DNA from: an uncultured Flavobacteriales bacterium | GTDB taxonomy: Bacteria; Bacteroidota; Bacteroidia; Flavobacteriales_D; Crocinitomicaceae | Direction: 5' to 3' | DNA: 64,000 nucleotides | NCBI GenBank assembly: GCA_963925035.1 | Contig: CAWUSK010000001.1 | Span: 7,245 to 71,244, forward strand | Part shown: in pieces, positions 39,819 through 48,886 of the stretch | Position numbering within the stretch: the first letter of the stretch is position 1 | Layout of the letters: the number at the start of each line of letters is the position of its first letter | Made by a program: the position numbers and the translations under genes | The notes under the pieces: model-generated | Database searches by the model: none | What the model saw: the letters and a program-made list of their open reading frames with translations, nothing else | Told to the model about the DNA's origin: nothing

Positions 39819-41078
39819 CTACTTCTCATCTATCTCATTCTCCTTAAAGGCAGAAGGAACGAGGTCCGGAATTACTTTAAGAATCAATGGTAAAAGCAGC
39901 GCTCCTCCCGGCAACATGAAAATAGCCAATGCAGGAACAGATTTTACAATGTCCTTAAACTGTGTTTTGACTAATTCCTTTTCTTCCTTCGTTAAATCTT
40001 CTGTCGCAGACTTCTTTACTAAATACACCAAATCTTTACTCTGTCTGATTTCGGTACCGAGCCTATCCTTATTTCTCATTAGGATTTTTCCCCATCGTTT
40101 TGATAAACGTGAATACACTTTTTCATACGACGTAGAATTTTTCATGAAGTCCAAATCGTGCTGTGCGTGCAAAAGAAAATTTTCTGTCATTGTCAAACTT
40201 TCTTCCAGCTCGTCAATAGGGATTTCTAGGTAAACCGTTAAATTGTGAAGGTATTCCAATTCTTCATCCGTTAAGTCTTCATCTGAGACAATCGTTAAAA
40301 TTGAAATATCCAGCAAAAATCGTTTTAACAGCCAATGTTCCTTTACAAAATCGGGAATGTCTTCAAATGTTGCGCCCTCCTTAAATTGAGCTTTAACTTC
40401 ATCTCTCGCTTCGTCTTTTAAGTTTGATGATGCTAGAAATATATTGAATAAATTCTTCTCCTTCCCTTCCAAAACACCATCTGCATGAGCGGAAACACTA
40501 ATTGCTGTTAATGACGCTTTTGCATATGAGGTATAGTTTATAACTAAGGTCGCACCTTCATTTCGATGTTCGAAGTCATCAAACAATATTACATCTAAAT
40601 ATGAAAACACATTGCTCAACGAATTAATCCACCAGCGATTTTCCAGTAGGTTCAGTTTTATATCAATGCGGTCGGCAAGAATTTTTTCTAATTTCTCTTC
40701 AGGTGATTCTTTGATAAAATATCCAAATACTTTTCGAATAGAACTTGCTTCATGACTTTCGTAAAATGCAATCAATGAGCTCAAGAACTTCTCTTTTTCG
40801 AATACTTCTTTCTTATGGATTTGAGTGTACACGAAAAGCAATGATTCGAACAACAAAAGCTTTAACTTTTCATCCTTTGTCCATTCACTGTCGTTTAACT
40901 CTTTTCCGAAAATTAATTCGTCTGGATAGCCGAAAACAATTCCGCTTTTTGCCAAGGTTAAATGCGTGTGACGCGACTTGGTAATTTCTTTTGGACGTTT
41001 CTTGTTTAAAGTAATCGTTCCATTCTCCACCAAATGAAGGTATTTATTAATCCAGCCTTTTGCACCTGGTGAAATCAT
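39819..41078 (-). CDS. LETM1-related protein (bacterial, biofilm-associated family name recalled from annotation practice)
   Basis: 419 aa. Helical acidic body, then a C-terminal segment LTKEEKELVKTQFKDIVKSVPALAIFMLPGGALLLPLILKVIPDLVPSAF that resembles the LETM1 ribosome-binding/TM hairpin region. Confidence 0.6.
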   Translation of the reverse strand: MISPGAKGWINKYLHLVENGTITLNKKRPKEITKSRHTHLTLAKSGIVFGYPDELIFGKELNDSEWTKDEKLKLLLFESLLFVYTQIHKKEVFEKEKFLSSLIAFYESHEASSIRKVFGYFIKESPEEKLEKILADRIDIKLNLLENRWWINSLSNVFSYLDVILFDDFEHRNEGATLVINYTSYAKASLTAISVSAHADGVLEGKEKNLFNIFLASSNLKDEARDEVKAQFKEGATFEDIPDFVKEHWLLKRFLLDISILTIVSDEDLTDEELEYLHNLTVYLEIPIDELEESLTMTENFLLHAQHDLDFMKNSTSYEKVYSRLSKRWGKILMRNKDRLGTEIRQSKDLVYLVKKSATEDLTKEEKELVKTQFKDIVKSVPALAIFMLPGGALLLPLILKVIPDLVPSAFKENEIDEK

Positions 41079-41090
41079 CTTGTTCTAAAA

Positions 41091-43676
41091 TTATAACCTT
41101 CCAGCAACGACGAATGCTTTTTTCTTTGAGAAGACAGCACCACCATCAATATTATACGCCTCAAATAAAGCGACATATTGACCAATGCTTGCTTTTGTAT
41201 TGTCGTCTCTTACACCATCCCAAGTGAAAGTTCCACGCGAAGCTAGTAATTCGGACTGGAATACCGTTGCAATTTTTCTTCCTCTATCATCATAAATTGT
41301 AAAATTGCCAACAAAGCCCGCTTCCTCCATTTCGTAATTGATTTGAAGGACGTCTTCCATTCCATCATTGTCTGGAGAAATTGTTTCACTTGTAAAGCTA
41401 AAAGTACCATTCGAAACAGCAAAGGTCAATTGTGAATTCTCTCCTCCTGGTGTAGCGAAACCAATTGCTTCAGCTGCTGTATGCCAATTGTTTTTGTCAT
41501 CTGAAACACCGTTTGGATCAATTCGTTCCAATGATTTTCCTTTCGTAGCATCCAATAATTTAAAGTGCCAATCGTCAAGGTAAGAAACCTTGTCAATCAC
41601 ATTGTTAGGAGGAAAGATTTGATTGTCCAAAAGGTAAACGGTACTTGAGTCGTTGTTATAACTTGGAACTCCTGTTTCTATAAACTTTCCAAGAACAGAG
41701 GCTGTGTAGTTTTGCGTTATGTGCGATACATTTTCAGTGAGAACAACATAGTCTCCTGGCTCAAGTAAATAATGTTGTTCAATTATATCATTGTTCGAAA
41801 TGACTCCATCGCTGATTTTTGCCAACTGCCATTCATAAAGGTCAACTAGTTTGTCTGAATTATTGTATAACTCAACCCAATCACTTCCACCTGTTAAAGG
41901 GTCAAACATAATTTCATTGATTATGACATCTCCTTTAACGGCTGTTTCAGCTAAAGCAAATGTTTCTGAAAGGTCAATTGAGTTCATCCAACAATCTGCT
42001 ATATTTTGAAGTTCAATCTGATAAGTCTGAGATCCGACTAGTACTTCATTGAAGTTTATCGACAAGGTAGTTGGATCGTCTCCAGAGAAAAATTTATTTT
42101 GAATCGTAAGTGTTGGTGAAGTAATTACTGTAGAGTTCGTCAACGATATTGGATCCATTCCTTCGTTAAAAAACACTTCAATAAGGCTTGGAGCACTTGC
42201 AATTATTTGCGTAATCGTTGGGGTTTGAACATCCGCTGTAGTGTCGTAAACTGAATTGATACTTCCAGGTGTCCCCCCGTTTAAGTTATTACTCGCTTTC
42301 CAATCAGTAATGTCGGAACATGGATCGTCTGGATTAATGCGCTCCAGAGAATAACCTCCATCGTCCTTATTGGTATCGTGGTACCAACCAATTGAATAAA
42401 AAATAGAATCTAGTTTGTTTCCGCTGTTATCGTATAAAACTACCGCATCATCAGAATTGTTTAAACTTGGAAAACTCGTTACCGCAGTTGCTACAGAAAA
42501 TGAATCTATATTTGCTGTTGCCGTCAATACAATGTAATCATTCGGTAAAAGCCAACCATTTTGTGCGGTTCCAAAAGATGAGGCATCGCCTAATTTCCAA
42601 CCGGAAACATTGAGAATTTTATTGCTTCGATTGTAAATTTCAACGTATTCTGCATTCTTTAATCCAACGACTGGAGTTGGATCACACATAAACTCATTGA
42701 TAACAACATCACCCGCGATAGGTGTTTCGGCTACTAAATAAGTGAAATTAACCGATTGAGATCCAGAAGCATTTCCAGAAATATCCTCGATCAAATTAGT
42801 AAACAAAGTATACGTATTTCCGTTCGTTAAATTAAAAGTCGGAATGATATGAACCAATGCTGGATTTGTCCCATCAAGTGTTGCTGTGGCAGCCGATAAA
42901 AACGGTTGAATGTCGTAATTTCCCGATGTTTCCGCAGTTACTTGATCTAAAGCTTCGTCGAAAAGTACATCAATTAAATTCGCATTTATCGCGGTCGCTG
43001 AAAGTAAGGTTGGTGGTGAAAGATCTACTATTTCATCTCCAACATAAATATTATCGTAAAAGTATTTATTGGCATTACTTGCGGTATATACCTGCATTGC
43101 GCCGAAATGAGTCCCCAATAAGTTCGCAGGTTCATTTACTGTTCCTGCCAATGTATAGCTTGTTCCGCCAGTCCCATCGATCAATAAAGACCAATTCGCT
43201 CCATTGTCACGCACAACGCGAATTCCAGCGCTAAAACTATTCGCAATTTGTCCAGCAGGCCCTGCAAGAAGTTCAGTACTTACTCCACTCACCATTTTAA
43301 ACAAACGAACGGCATCTGTTGTGCCAGCCTCTCCCAATTGAATATAGAATCCGTTTTGTACCAAGGTTAAATCAGCATTATCTGCTGTTAAAAACACACG
43401 TCCATAATTGCTTGAAGAAGGCGAAAACGTCTGTCTGGTTATAAACTTCCACTCTTTATTATCCAAGGTAAAAAGACCATGAGCAGTTGATAAATATGAA
43501 GTACTTGCAATGGTATTGTTTAATTGCAATTCAAGTGATGGATTTACAATAAAATCAACATTTGTTCCAGACCAAGTTGGCAAATTAGTGAAATCTCCAT
43601 CCAAAAAATCATCATTTATCTGTGAAAATAAGCGTGAATTCGTTAATAATAAAACAAATAATAAAAAGTACCTCAT
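41091..43676 (-). CDS. secreted multi-domain protein with two lamin-tail domains (LTD), Ig-like modules and a FlgD-Ig-like C-terminal domain
   Basis: Signal peptide MRYFLLFVLLLTNSRLFSQ. Two LTD signatures (VVINEFMCDP...EYVEIYNRS...GWKL and VIINEIMFDP...DWVELYNNS...EWQL). C-terminal ISPDNDGMEDVL...FTIYDDRGRKIATVF...FTWDG pattern. Confidence 0.75.
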   Translation of the reverse strand: MRYFLLFVLLLTNSRLFSQINDDFLDGDFTNLPTWSGTNVDFIVNPSLELQLNNTIASTSYLSTAHGLFTLDNKEWKFITRQTFSPSSSNYGRVFLTADNADLTLVQNGFYIQLGEAGTTDAVRLFKMVSGVSTELLAGPAGQIANSFSAGIRVVRDNGANWSLLIDGTGGTSYTLAGTVNEPANLLGTHFGAMQVYTASNANKYFYDNIYVGDEIVDLSPPTLLSATAINANLIDVLFDEALDQVTAETSGNYDIQPFLSAATATLDGTNPALVHIIPTFNLTNGNTYTLFTNLIEDISGNASGSQSVNFTYLVAETPIAGDVVINEFMCDPTPVVGLKNAEYVEIYNRSNKILNVSGWKLGDASSFGTAQNGWLLPNDYIVLTATANIDSFSVATAVTSFPSLNNSDDAVVLYDNSGNKLDSIFYSIGWYHDTNKDDGGYSLERINPDDPCSDITDWKASNNLNGGTPGSINSVYDTTADVQTPTITQIIASAPSLIEVFFNEGMDPISLTNSTVITSPTLTIQNKFFSGDDPTTLSINFNEVLVGSQTYQIELQNIADCWMNSIDLSETFALAETAVKGDVIINEIMFDPLTGGSDWVELYNNSDKLVDLYEWQLAKISDGVISNNDIIEQHYLLEPGDYVVLTENVSHITQNYTASVLGKFIETGVPSYNNDSSTVYLLDNQIFPPNNVIDKVSYLDDWHFKLLDATKGKSLERIDPNGVSDDKNNWHTAAEAIGFATPGGENSQLTFAVSNGTFSFTSETISPDNDGMEDVLQINYEMEEAGFVGNFTIYDDRGRKIATVFQSELLASRGTFTWDGVRDDNTKASIGQYVALFEAYNIDGGAVFSKKKAFVVAGRL

Positions 43677-43705
43677 AGTTTAATCCTCAGTGCTGTTAAA
43701 TATAG

Positions 43706-43713
43706 TAAATTTG
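43706..43713 (+). promoter_or_regulatory. candidate -7 box TAAATTTG for asd
   Basis: Exact TAnnTTTG match 28 nt upstream of the ATG at 43742. Confidence 0.4.
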
Positions 43714-43741
43714 AACATTGAAATAAAATTAATTTTTTATT

Positions 43742-44743
43742 ATGAGAGTAGCTGTTGTTGGTGCCACTGGAATGGTTGGAGGAATAATGTTCAAAGTCCT
43801 TCGTGAATTAAACTTCCCGATTACTGAAATAATCCCTGTCGCTTCTGAAAAATCGGTTGGAAAGACGATAAATTTTGGTGGAATTGAAGCGAAGGTTATT
43901 GGGTTACAAACAGCTGTTGATTTAGTTCCTGATATCGCTATATTTTCTGCAGGTGGACAAACTTCGTTAGATTGGGCGCCAAAATTCGCTGAAAAAGGGA
44001 CTGTTGTCATTGACAATTCTTCTGCATGGCGAATGGACCCAACAAAAAAATTAATCGTTCCAGAAATTAATGGTGATTTGTTAACGGCTGAAGATAAAAT
44101 CATTGCAAATCCAAATTGTAGTACTATTCAGTTGGTCTTGGCGTTGAAACCTCTACACGATAAATACAAGGTAAAGCGTGTCATCGTTTCGACTTATCAA
44201 TCAATTACCGGAACTGGAATGAAAGCAATGACACAATTGACAAATGAGCGTAATTCTGTAAAAGGGGAAATGGCGTATCATTATACGATTGACCAAAATT
44301 GTATTCCGCACTGTGATGATTTCATGGATAATGGATATACAAAAGAGGAAATGAAATTGACTAATGAGACAAAAAAGATTTTAGATCCTTCAATTAACGT
44401 TACCGCAACAGCAGTTCGAGTTCCAGTTATGGGCGGACATTCTGAAGCAATTAATGTGGAATTTGAAAATGATTTTGATTTGAATGAAGTACGTATGTTA
44501 TTGCACAATCAAGCGGGAATTAGTTTAAAGGATGATCCAACAACAAACTCTTATCCTATGCCTCTTTATGCAGAAGGTAAAAATGATGTTTTTGTTGGGC
44601 GACTTCGCAGAGATGAATCGCAGCCAAATACATTGAACATGTGGGTTGTTGCAGATAATTTGAGAAAAGGAGCGGCTACAAACGCTGTACAAATTGCTCA
44701 ATTATTATTGGATAAAGGTTTAATAGTTCAAAGTTCTAAATAG
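43742..44743 (+). CDS. asd: aspartate-semialdehyde dehydrogenase
   Basis: 333 aa with VAVVGATGMVG NAD(P) motif and the active-site Cys in NPNCSTIQ. Confidence 0.95.
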   Translation: MRVAVVGATGMVGGIMFKVLRELNFPITEIIPVASEKSVGKTINFGGIEAKVIGLQTAVDLVPDIAIFSAGGQTSLDWAPKFAEKGTVVIDNSSAWRMDPTKKLIVPEINGDLLTAEDKIIANPNCSTIQLVLALKPLHDKYKVKRVIVSTYQSITGTGMKAMTQLTNERNSVKGEMAYHYTIDQNCIPHCDDFMDNGYTKEEMKLTNETKKILDPSINVTATAVRVPVMGGHSEAINVEFENDFDLNEVRMLLHNQAGISLKDDPTTNSYPMPLYAEGKNDVFVGRLRRDESQPNTLNMWVVADNLRKGAATNAVQIAQLLLDKGLIVQSSK

Positions 44744-44800
44744 TTCAAGATTCAATAGGTAATCGAGTCTCGGTTATTGAGCTTGCCGAAATAGTCGAGG

Positions 44801-45406
44801 TTACCTTTTCTTCAACCATCGTCTTTTCAGTACAGAACTTCTAAAATCATCTAGTTTTTCTGTAGTTCCAGCACTTTCCATTTTTTGGACAAACTTGAAC
44901 GTACTTTTGTGAACCTTGTAGTCCATTTCGTCTTTAAAAATTGGGATAATGCTTAAAAAGTTAATCGTTTTTCCATCGACGACAACAGGAGCTAATTCTT
45001 CTTGTAATAACATTGGGTCAGACAAAAAGAAAAAATTTTGTTTCATTGTATTAGAAAGCGGCAACTTTTCCTTTCCGCATGGCATTGTATGACCATGACC
45101 AAACCAAGTTTCACTTTCAACAACGTATTCTGCTAAACGCTGGATCCATTTGAACACCCAATTTGTATTTGGATTGTTTAATTCTTCCCACTCCCAATAA
45201 CTTGGTAGGCAAAAGTACAGTTCGTTGTACTCTCTTCCTTCCCATTTTTCAGGAACGGGCATTTGGTAATCTGAAAGTCCGTTTGTTACGATTACGGTAA
45301 CAGGCGACTTCAATTCCAAATCCAAAACGAGTAAATGAACGCCTTCAAAAAAGGGAGCATCGAGTACTCGATGCTCCCCAAATCTATTGATTAATGCTTG
45401 TTTCAA
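44801..45406 (-). CDS. suppressor-of-fused (SUFU-like) domain protein
   Basis: 201 aa. TNGLSDYQMPVP, ELYFCLPSYWEW and HGHTMP blocks resemble bacterial SUFU-like domain proteins. Recognition by eye only. Confidence 0.6.
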   Translation of the reverse strand: MKQALINRFGEHRVLDAPFFEGVHLLVLDLELKSPVTVIVTNGLSDYQMPVPEKWEGREYNELYFCLPSYWEWEELNNPNTNWVFKWIQRLAEYVVESETWFGHGHTMPCGKEKLPLSNTMKQNFFFLSDPMLLQEELAPVVVDGKTINFLSIIPIFKDEMDYKVHKSTFKFVQKMESAGTTEKLDDFRSSVLKRRWLKKR

Positions 45407-45414
45407 TTCGAAAA

Positions 45415-46260
45415 TTATTTAGCACTCCATTCTTTAATCGACTCTTCATTTGCTTTAATGTAAGCGTCATATCCAGCTTTTTTTGCTCCTTCCAACGACA
45501 ATTTAGCCGTTGCAATAGCTCCTTTTTTGTCTCCTAATTCAGCTTGAAGTAATGCTTTTTTGCGTAACACATAAAATGGTGCTTCCGCTCCGCTCATTTC
45601 AACTGATTTGTTTATCCATTCAAGGGCTTGTTTCAAATCTTCTTTTTCAGAGTATTTGTAATCCGCTGCTCTATAATAATCATTAGCAGAAGGTCCTGCC
45701 ATCACTTTTTTGATACTTGCATTTACTTGTGCTTTTGTTGCAACAGTAAATTTCGCTGCAACTTTTGTTTTATCCCAAGATAATGCCAATACCGCATCAT
45801 TCATTGAAACTGATTCAATCCCAATCGTAAATGTTTCAACAACATCATTCAACGCTTGTGACTTTACTTTTACTTCAAGTGCTACATTTTCTGCGTTCCA
45901 CTCTTCAGGAGTTCCCCAATTTTCTGTTGCTGTATAAAAATAAATTGCCCATTCACTCGATGTTGGTTTTGTAAACAAAGCATACGTTCCAGCTTTTAAT
46001 GTGTCTTTTCCAAAAATCAATACATCACTTGTTGTAATGATTGTGTTTTTGTTCGCACCTGTTCTCCACATCTCGTTCATTGGAACAAGGTCTCCAAAAA
46101 CAACTCTATCGCGTTTGCTCGGACGTGAGTATTCCACTGTAATGTTCGTTAATCCAACTGTTTGTTCCATTTTTGCCGATGGACTCATCTGAGGTGCAGA
46201 AATCTGCGCCATCAATCCTGTCGATGCAAAAAGTGTAATTCCAACTAATAATTTTTTCAT
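45415..46260 (-). CDS. DUF2911 domain protein with C-terminal TPR-like helical region (secreted)
   Basis: Signal peptide MKKLLVGITLFASTGLMAQ. SPSAKMEQTVGLTNITVEYSRPS...WRTGANKNT...LKAGTYALF matches my recollection of DUF2911. The ATG at 46260 is preferred. Confidence 0.7.
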   Translation of the reverse strand: MKKLLVGITLFASTGLMAQISAPQMSPSAKMEQTVGLTNITVEYSRPSKRDRVVFGDLVPMNEMWRTGANKNTIITTSDVLIFGKDTLKAGTYALFTKPTSSEWAIYFYTATENWGTPEEWNAENVALEVKVKSQALNDVVETFTIGIESVSMNDAVLALSWDKTKVAAKFTVATKAQVNASIKKVMAGPSANDYYRAADYKYSEKEDLKQALEWINKSVEMSGAEAPFYVLRKKALLQAELGDKKGAIATAKLSLEGAKKAGYDAYIKANEESIKEWSAK

Positions 46261-46288
46261 TTTGATTTTTTTTGATAAAGATAAGGAA

Positions 46289-46325
46289 AGGACTTTAAGA
46301 CACAAGGATATTAGGACTTTAAGAC
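46289..46325. repeat. two copies of a 13-bp direct repeat aggactttaagac, 24 bp apart
   Basis: Identical 13-mers at 46289-46301 and 46313-46325, 29-65 nt upstream of the DUF2911 gene start. Confidence 0.8.
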
Positions 46326-46384
46326 CGTACTCTAGGCACTAATTTCATTGCTTTTGACAATCGACAAACAGTTTTCTTTCATTC

Positions 46385-46408
46385 AAGACATCAACATGTT
46401 GATGTCTT
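46385..46408. promoter_or_regulatory. perfect 24-bp palindrome aagacatcaaca|tgttgatgtctt (candidate operator or hairpin)
   Basis: Exact self-complementarity read from the sequence. No adjacent T-run on either strand, so it is not a canonical terminator. Confidence 0.6.
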
Positions 46409-46478
46409 TGTGCTCTTGGTTTTCAGTAATACCTTTCCCTAAATCTTGGTGTCTTGGTAGTAAAACTCTACATACTTT

Positions 46479-46943
46479 CTATACAAGCCTTTCTAACGAA
46501 ACCCAAAATGCTTCGGTTGAATTCATACAACCTTGCATTAACATGTCGTGGATTTCTATTTCGCGTGACTTGCTGTAGTTTTTTGAGGTCTTAAAAACCG
46601 AGATTTCATTCGGGCGATTGACCAAGGCGTCGTGAATAGATTCAGGCGATGATAAATCAGATCTTCCGCCCTTTACGTTGATCGAAATCAACTCAATTTT
46701 ATCTAATTCAAAGTGGAAAACCAAACACGCTTTTTCGGAACGATGTTCCAGAAATTTCATTTTCTCATAAACAATCTGAAGTACATTGTCCGAGAAGAGT
46801 TCAACCAATTCAATCGCTTTTTTGGTGTTGTTTTTATTGATTTCTTCCCATTCTTCTGCATGAACACCATTCACAATCAAAAAGTGCTTTAAGTCTTCTG
46901 CAAAAACCTCAAGTTCTTCATCCGTTAACATTCTGTACTTCAT
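46479..46943 (-). CDS. hypothetical cytoplasmic protein (154 aa)
   Basis: ORF with a -7 box immediately upstream of the internal ATG (MKYRMLTDEELEVF...). No recognised motif. Confidence 0.6.
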   Translation of the reverse strand: MKYRMLTDEELEVFAEDLKHFLIVNGVHAEEWEEINKNNTKKAIELVELFSDNVLQIVYEKMKFLEHRSEKACLVFHFELDKIELISINVKGGRSDLSSPESIHDALVNRPNEISVFKTSKNYSKSREIEIHDMLMQGCMNSTEAFWVSLERLV

Positions 46944-46947
46944 CTTG

Positions 46948-46955
46948 CAAAAATA
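46948..46955 (-). promoter_or_regulatory. candidate -7 box (TATTTTTG on minus strand) abutting the start codon at 46943
   Basis: Exact TAnnTTTG match ending 4 nt before the ATG. Confidence 0.35.
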
Positions 46956-47013
46956 GGAGATTTTAGAAAACGAGAATATCTCTTTTATTTTCTTTTGAAC
47001 CAATACGAACCAT

Positions 47014-47021
47014 TATATTTG
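47014..47021 (+). promoter_or_regulatory. candidate -7 box TATATTTG abutting the dxr start codon
   Basis: Exact TAnnTTTG match ending 4 nt before the ATG at 47026. A TTTG at 46994-46997 could serve as the -33 element. Confidence 0.4.
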
Positions 47022-47025
47022 TTTT

Positions 47026-48180
47026 ATGACGACAAAAAAGGGAATTGCAATTTTAGGTTCAACGGGTTCTATTGGAACACAAGCTCTTCAAGTCATTGAG
47101 TCATACCCAGAACAATTTGATTTACAAGTTCTCACTGCCCATAAAAATGCAGCTTTACTTATCGCTCAGGCTAAAAAGTATACTCCAAATACAGTTGTCA
47201 TAGGAGACGAAAGTCAATTTGAACGGGTGAAAAATGAATTGTGGAATCTTGATATTCATGTTTATTGCGGAGAACGAGCGCTTGAACAAGTGGTTGATTC
47301 CAGCGAAATAGATGTTGTGCTAACAGCAATGGTTGGTTACGCTGGGCTGAAGCCAACATTGGCGGCTATACGCGCTAAAAAATCTATTGCACTTGCCAAT
47401 AAGGAAACTTTAGTTGTAGCAGGAGAGCTAGTGACAAAGGAGGCGTTTCACAATGGTGTGAATATATATCCGATTGATTCAGAACATTCTGCCATTTTTC
47501 AATGTTTGACGGGCGAATTTCAAAATCCTGTAGAAAAAATCTACTTAACAGCTTCGGGAGGACCGTTTAGAGGTTTTACACCTGAACAATTAAGCAAAGT
47601 TACCAAGGCTCAAGCGATGAAAAACCCGAATTGGGACATGGGAGCAAAAATCACAATTGATTCTGCATCTATGATGAACAAAGGGTTGGAAGTAATTGAA
47701 GCGAAATGGTTGTTCAACTTAAAACCCGAACAAATTGATGTTATTGTTCACCCACAATCGGTTATCCACTCTATGGTTCAGTTTGAAGATGGAAGCATGA
47801 AAGCACAAATGGGATTGCCCGACATGAAGTTGCCCATCCAATATGCCCTAACTTACCCGAATCGTTTGAAAACGGATTTTCCGCGCTTCAACTTTATGGA
47901 TTATCCAAGCCTCTCATTTGAAAAAGCGGACTTAAAAACATTTTCAAATTTACAATTAGCGTACGACGCTCTTCATGCTGGCGGAACACTTGCATGTGCT
48001 TTGAATGCAGCAAATGAAGTTGCCGTAGATGCATTTCTCAACGATAAAATCCAGTTTATAGATATCGCACGAATCAATGAAAAAACAATGAACGCTGTTG
48101 AGAATATACCTTCTCCTTCATTAGAAGATTACATTGCTATGAACAAAGAAGCCAGAAGGATTGCTCAGGGATTAATTTAA
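47026..48180 (+). CDS. dxr: 1-deoxy-D-xylulose 5-phosphate reductoisomerase
   Basis: 384 aa with ILGSTGSIG NADPH motif, plus the LANKE and DSEHSAIFQC blocks. Confidence 0.96.
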   Translation: MTTKKGIAILGSTGSIGTQALQVIESYPEQFDLQVLTAHKNAALLIAQAKKYTPNTVVIGDESQFERVKNELWNLDIHVYCGERALEQVVDSSEIDVVLTAMVGYAGLKPTLAAIRAKKSIALANKETLVVAGELVTKEAFHNGVNIYPIDSEHSAIFQCLTGEFQNPVEKIYLTASGGPFRGFTPEQLSKVTKAQAMKNPNWDMGAKITIDSASMMNKGLEVIEAKWLFNLKPEQIDVIVHPQSVIHSMVQFEDGSMKAQMGLPDMKLPIQYALTYPNRLKTDFPRFNFMDYPSLSFEKADLKTFSNLQLAYDALHAGGTLACALNAANEVAVDAFLNDKIQFIDIARINEKTMNAVENIPSPSLEDYIAMNKEARRIAQGLI

Positions 48181-48801
48181 CGGCAAATCAAACAACGTTG
48201 TTGCAACCCCCAAAATATACTGCACACCAATAGCAATTACGATAAATCCAATAATTCGTGATAACGCATTAATTCCAGATGCACCCATAAACTTCACAAT
48301 CAAATGGGAGCTTTTTAGGATTAAGAAGATCCCTGTACTTACTGTAAAAATTGCCCCAATGATTAGCAACTGTTGCATCATCAAACTGTATTCTTGCTGG
48401 TATGAAATCAATAAACTAATTGTTCCTGGACCAGCGAGCATCGGAATTGCCAACGGTGTCAATGAAATCTCTGAACGATTAAAAGCATCATCTTTTTCCC
48501 GTTTTTTCATTCCTTTGTGTTCTGTAAATTTGCCGGTTAGCAATGCAAAACCAGAAGAGGCAATGATCATTCCCCCAGCAATTTTTAAAGCATCTAAACT
48601 GATTCCGAAAAAGAGCAGAATATATTTTCCTAAATAAAAGGATAGAAGTAAAATAAACAACACATAAATAGCTGTGAAAAATGCGATAACACTTCGCTCC
48701 TTTGAAGTGTTGTCTTGTGTTAGTCCCACAAATATTGGAACGGTCCCAAGGGGGTTAATTACGGAGAACAATGCCGCAAAACTTAAGATAAAAATTTCCA
48801 T
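48172..48801 (-). CDS. MarC family integral membrane protein
   Basis: 209 aa and six hydrophobic segments. The N-terminus FSVINPLGTVPIF is typical of the MarC/UPF0056 family. Confidence 0.8.
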   Translation of the reverse strand: MEIFILSFAALFSVINPLGTVPIFVGLTQDNTSKERSVIAFFTAIYVLFILLLSFYLGKYILLFFGISLDALKIAGGMIIASSGFALLTGKFTEHKGMKKREKDDAFNRSEISLTPLAIPMLAGPGTISLLISYQQEYSLMMQQLLIIGAIFTVSTGIFLILKSSHLIVKFMGASGINALSRIIGFIVIAIGVQYILGVATTLFDLPLN

Positions 48802-48886
48802 TTTTTACGCAAAGTAACTGCCTTTTTCAATGCGCTACGTTACCCCGGAATTATGTTTAAGTTAAGTCGTCAAGATTATCAAAACC

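Noticed and set aside
39748-40233. 161-aa plus-strand ORF overlapping the 3' part of the LETM1-related gene
   Set aside because: It is entirely antisense to a longer ORF that has recognisable features. It is Ser-rich and low in complexity with no start context, so it is most likely a shadow ORF.
43729-44103. 124-aa minus-strand ORF overlapping the start of asd
   Set aside because: It is antisense to a confidently identified housekeeping gene and has no motif, so it is a shadow ORF.
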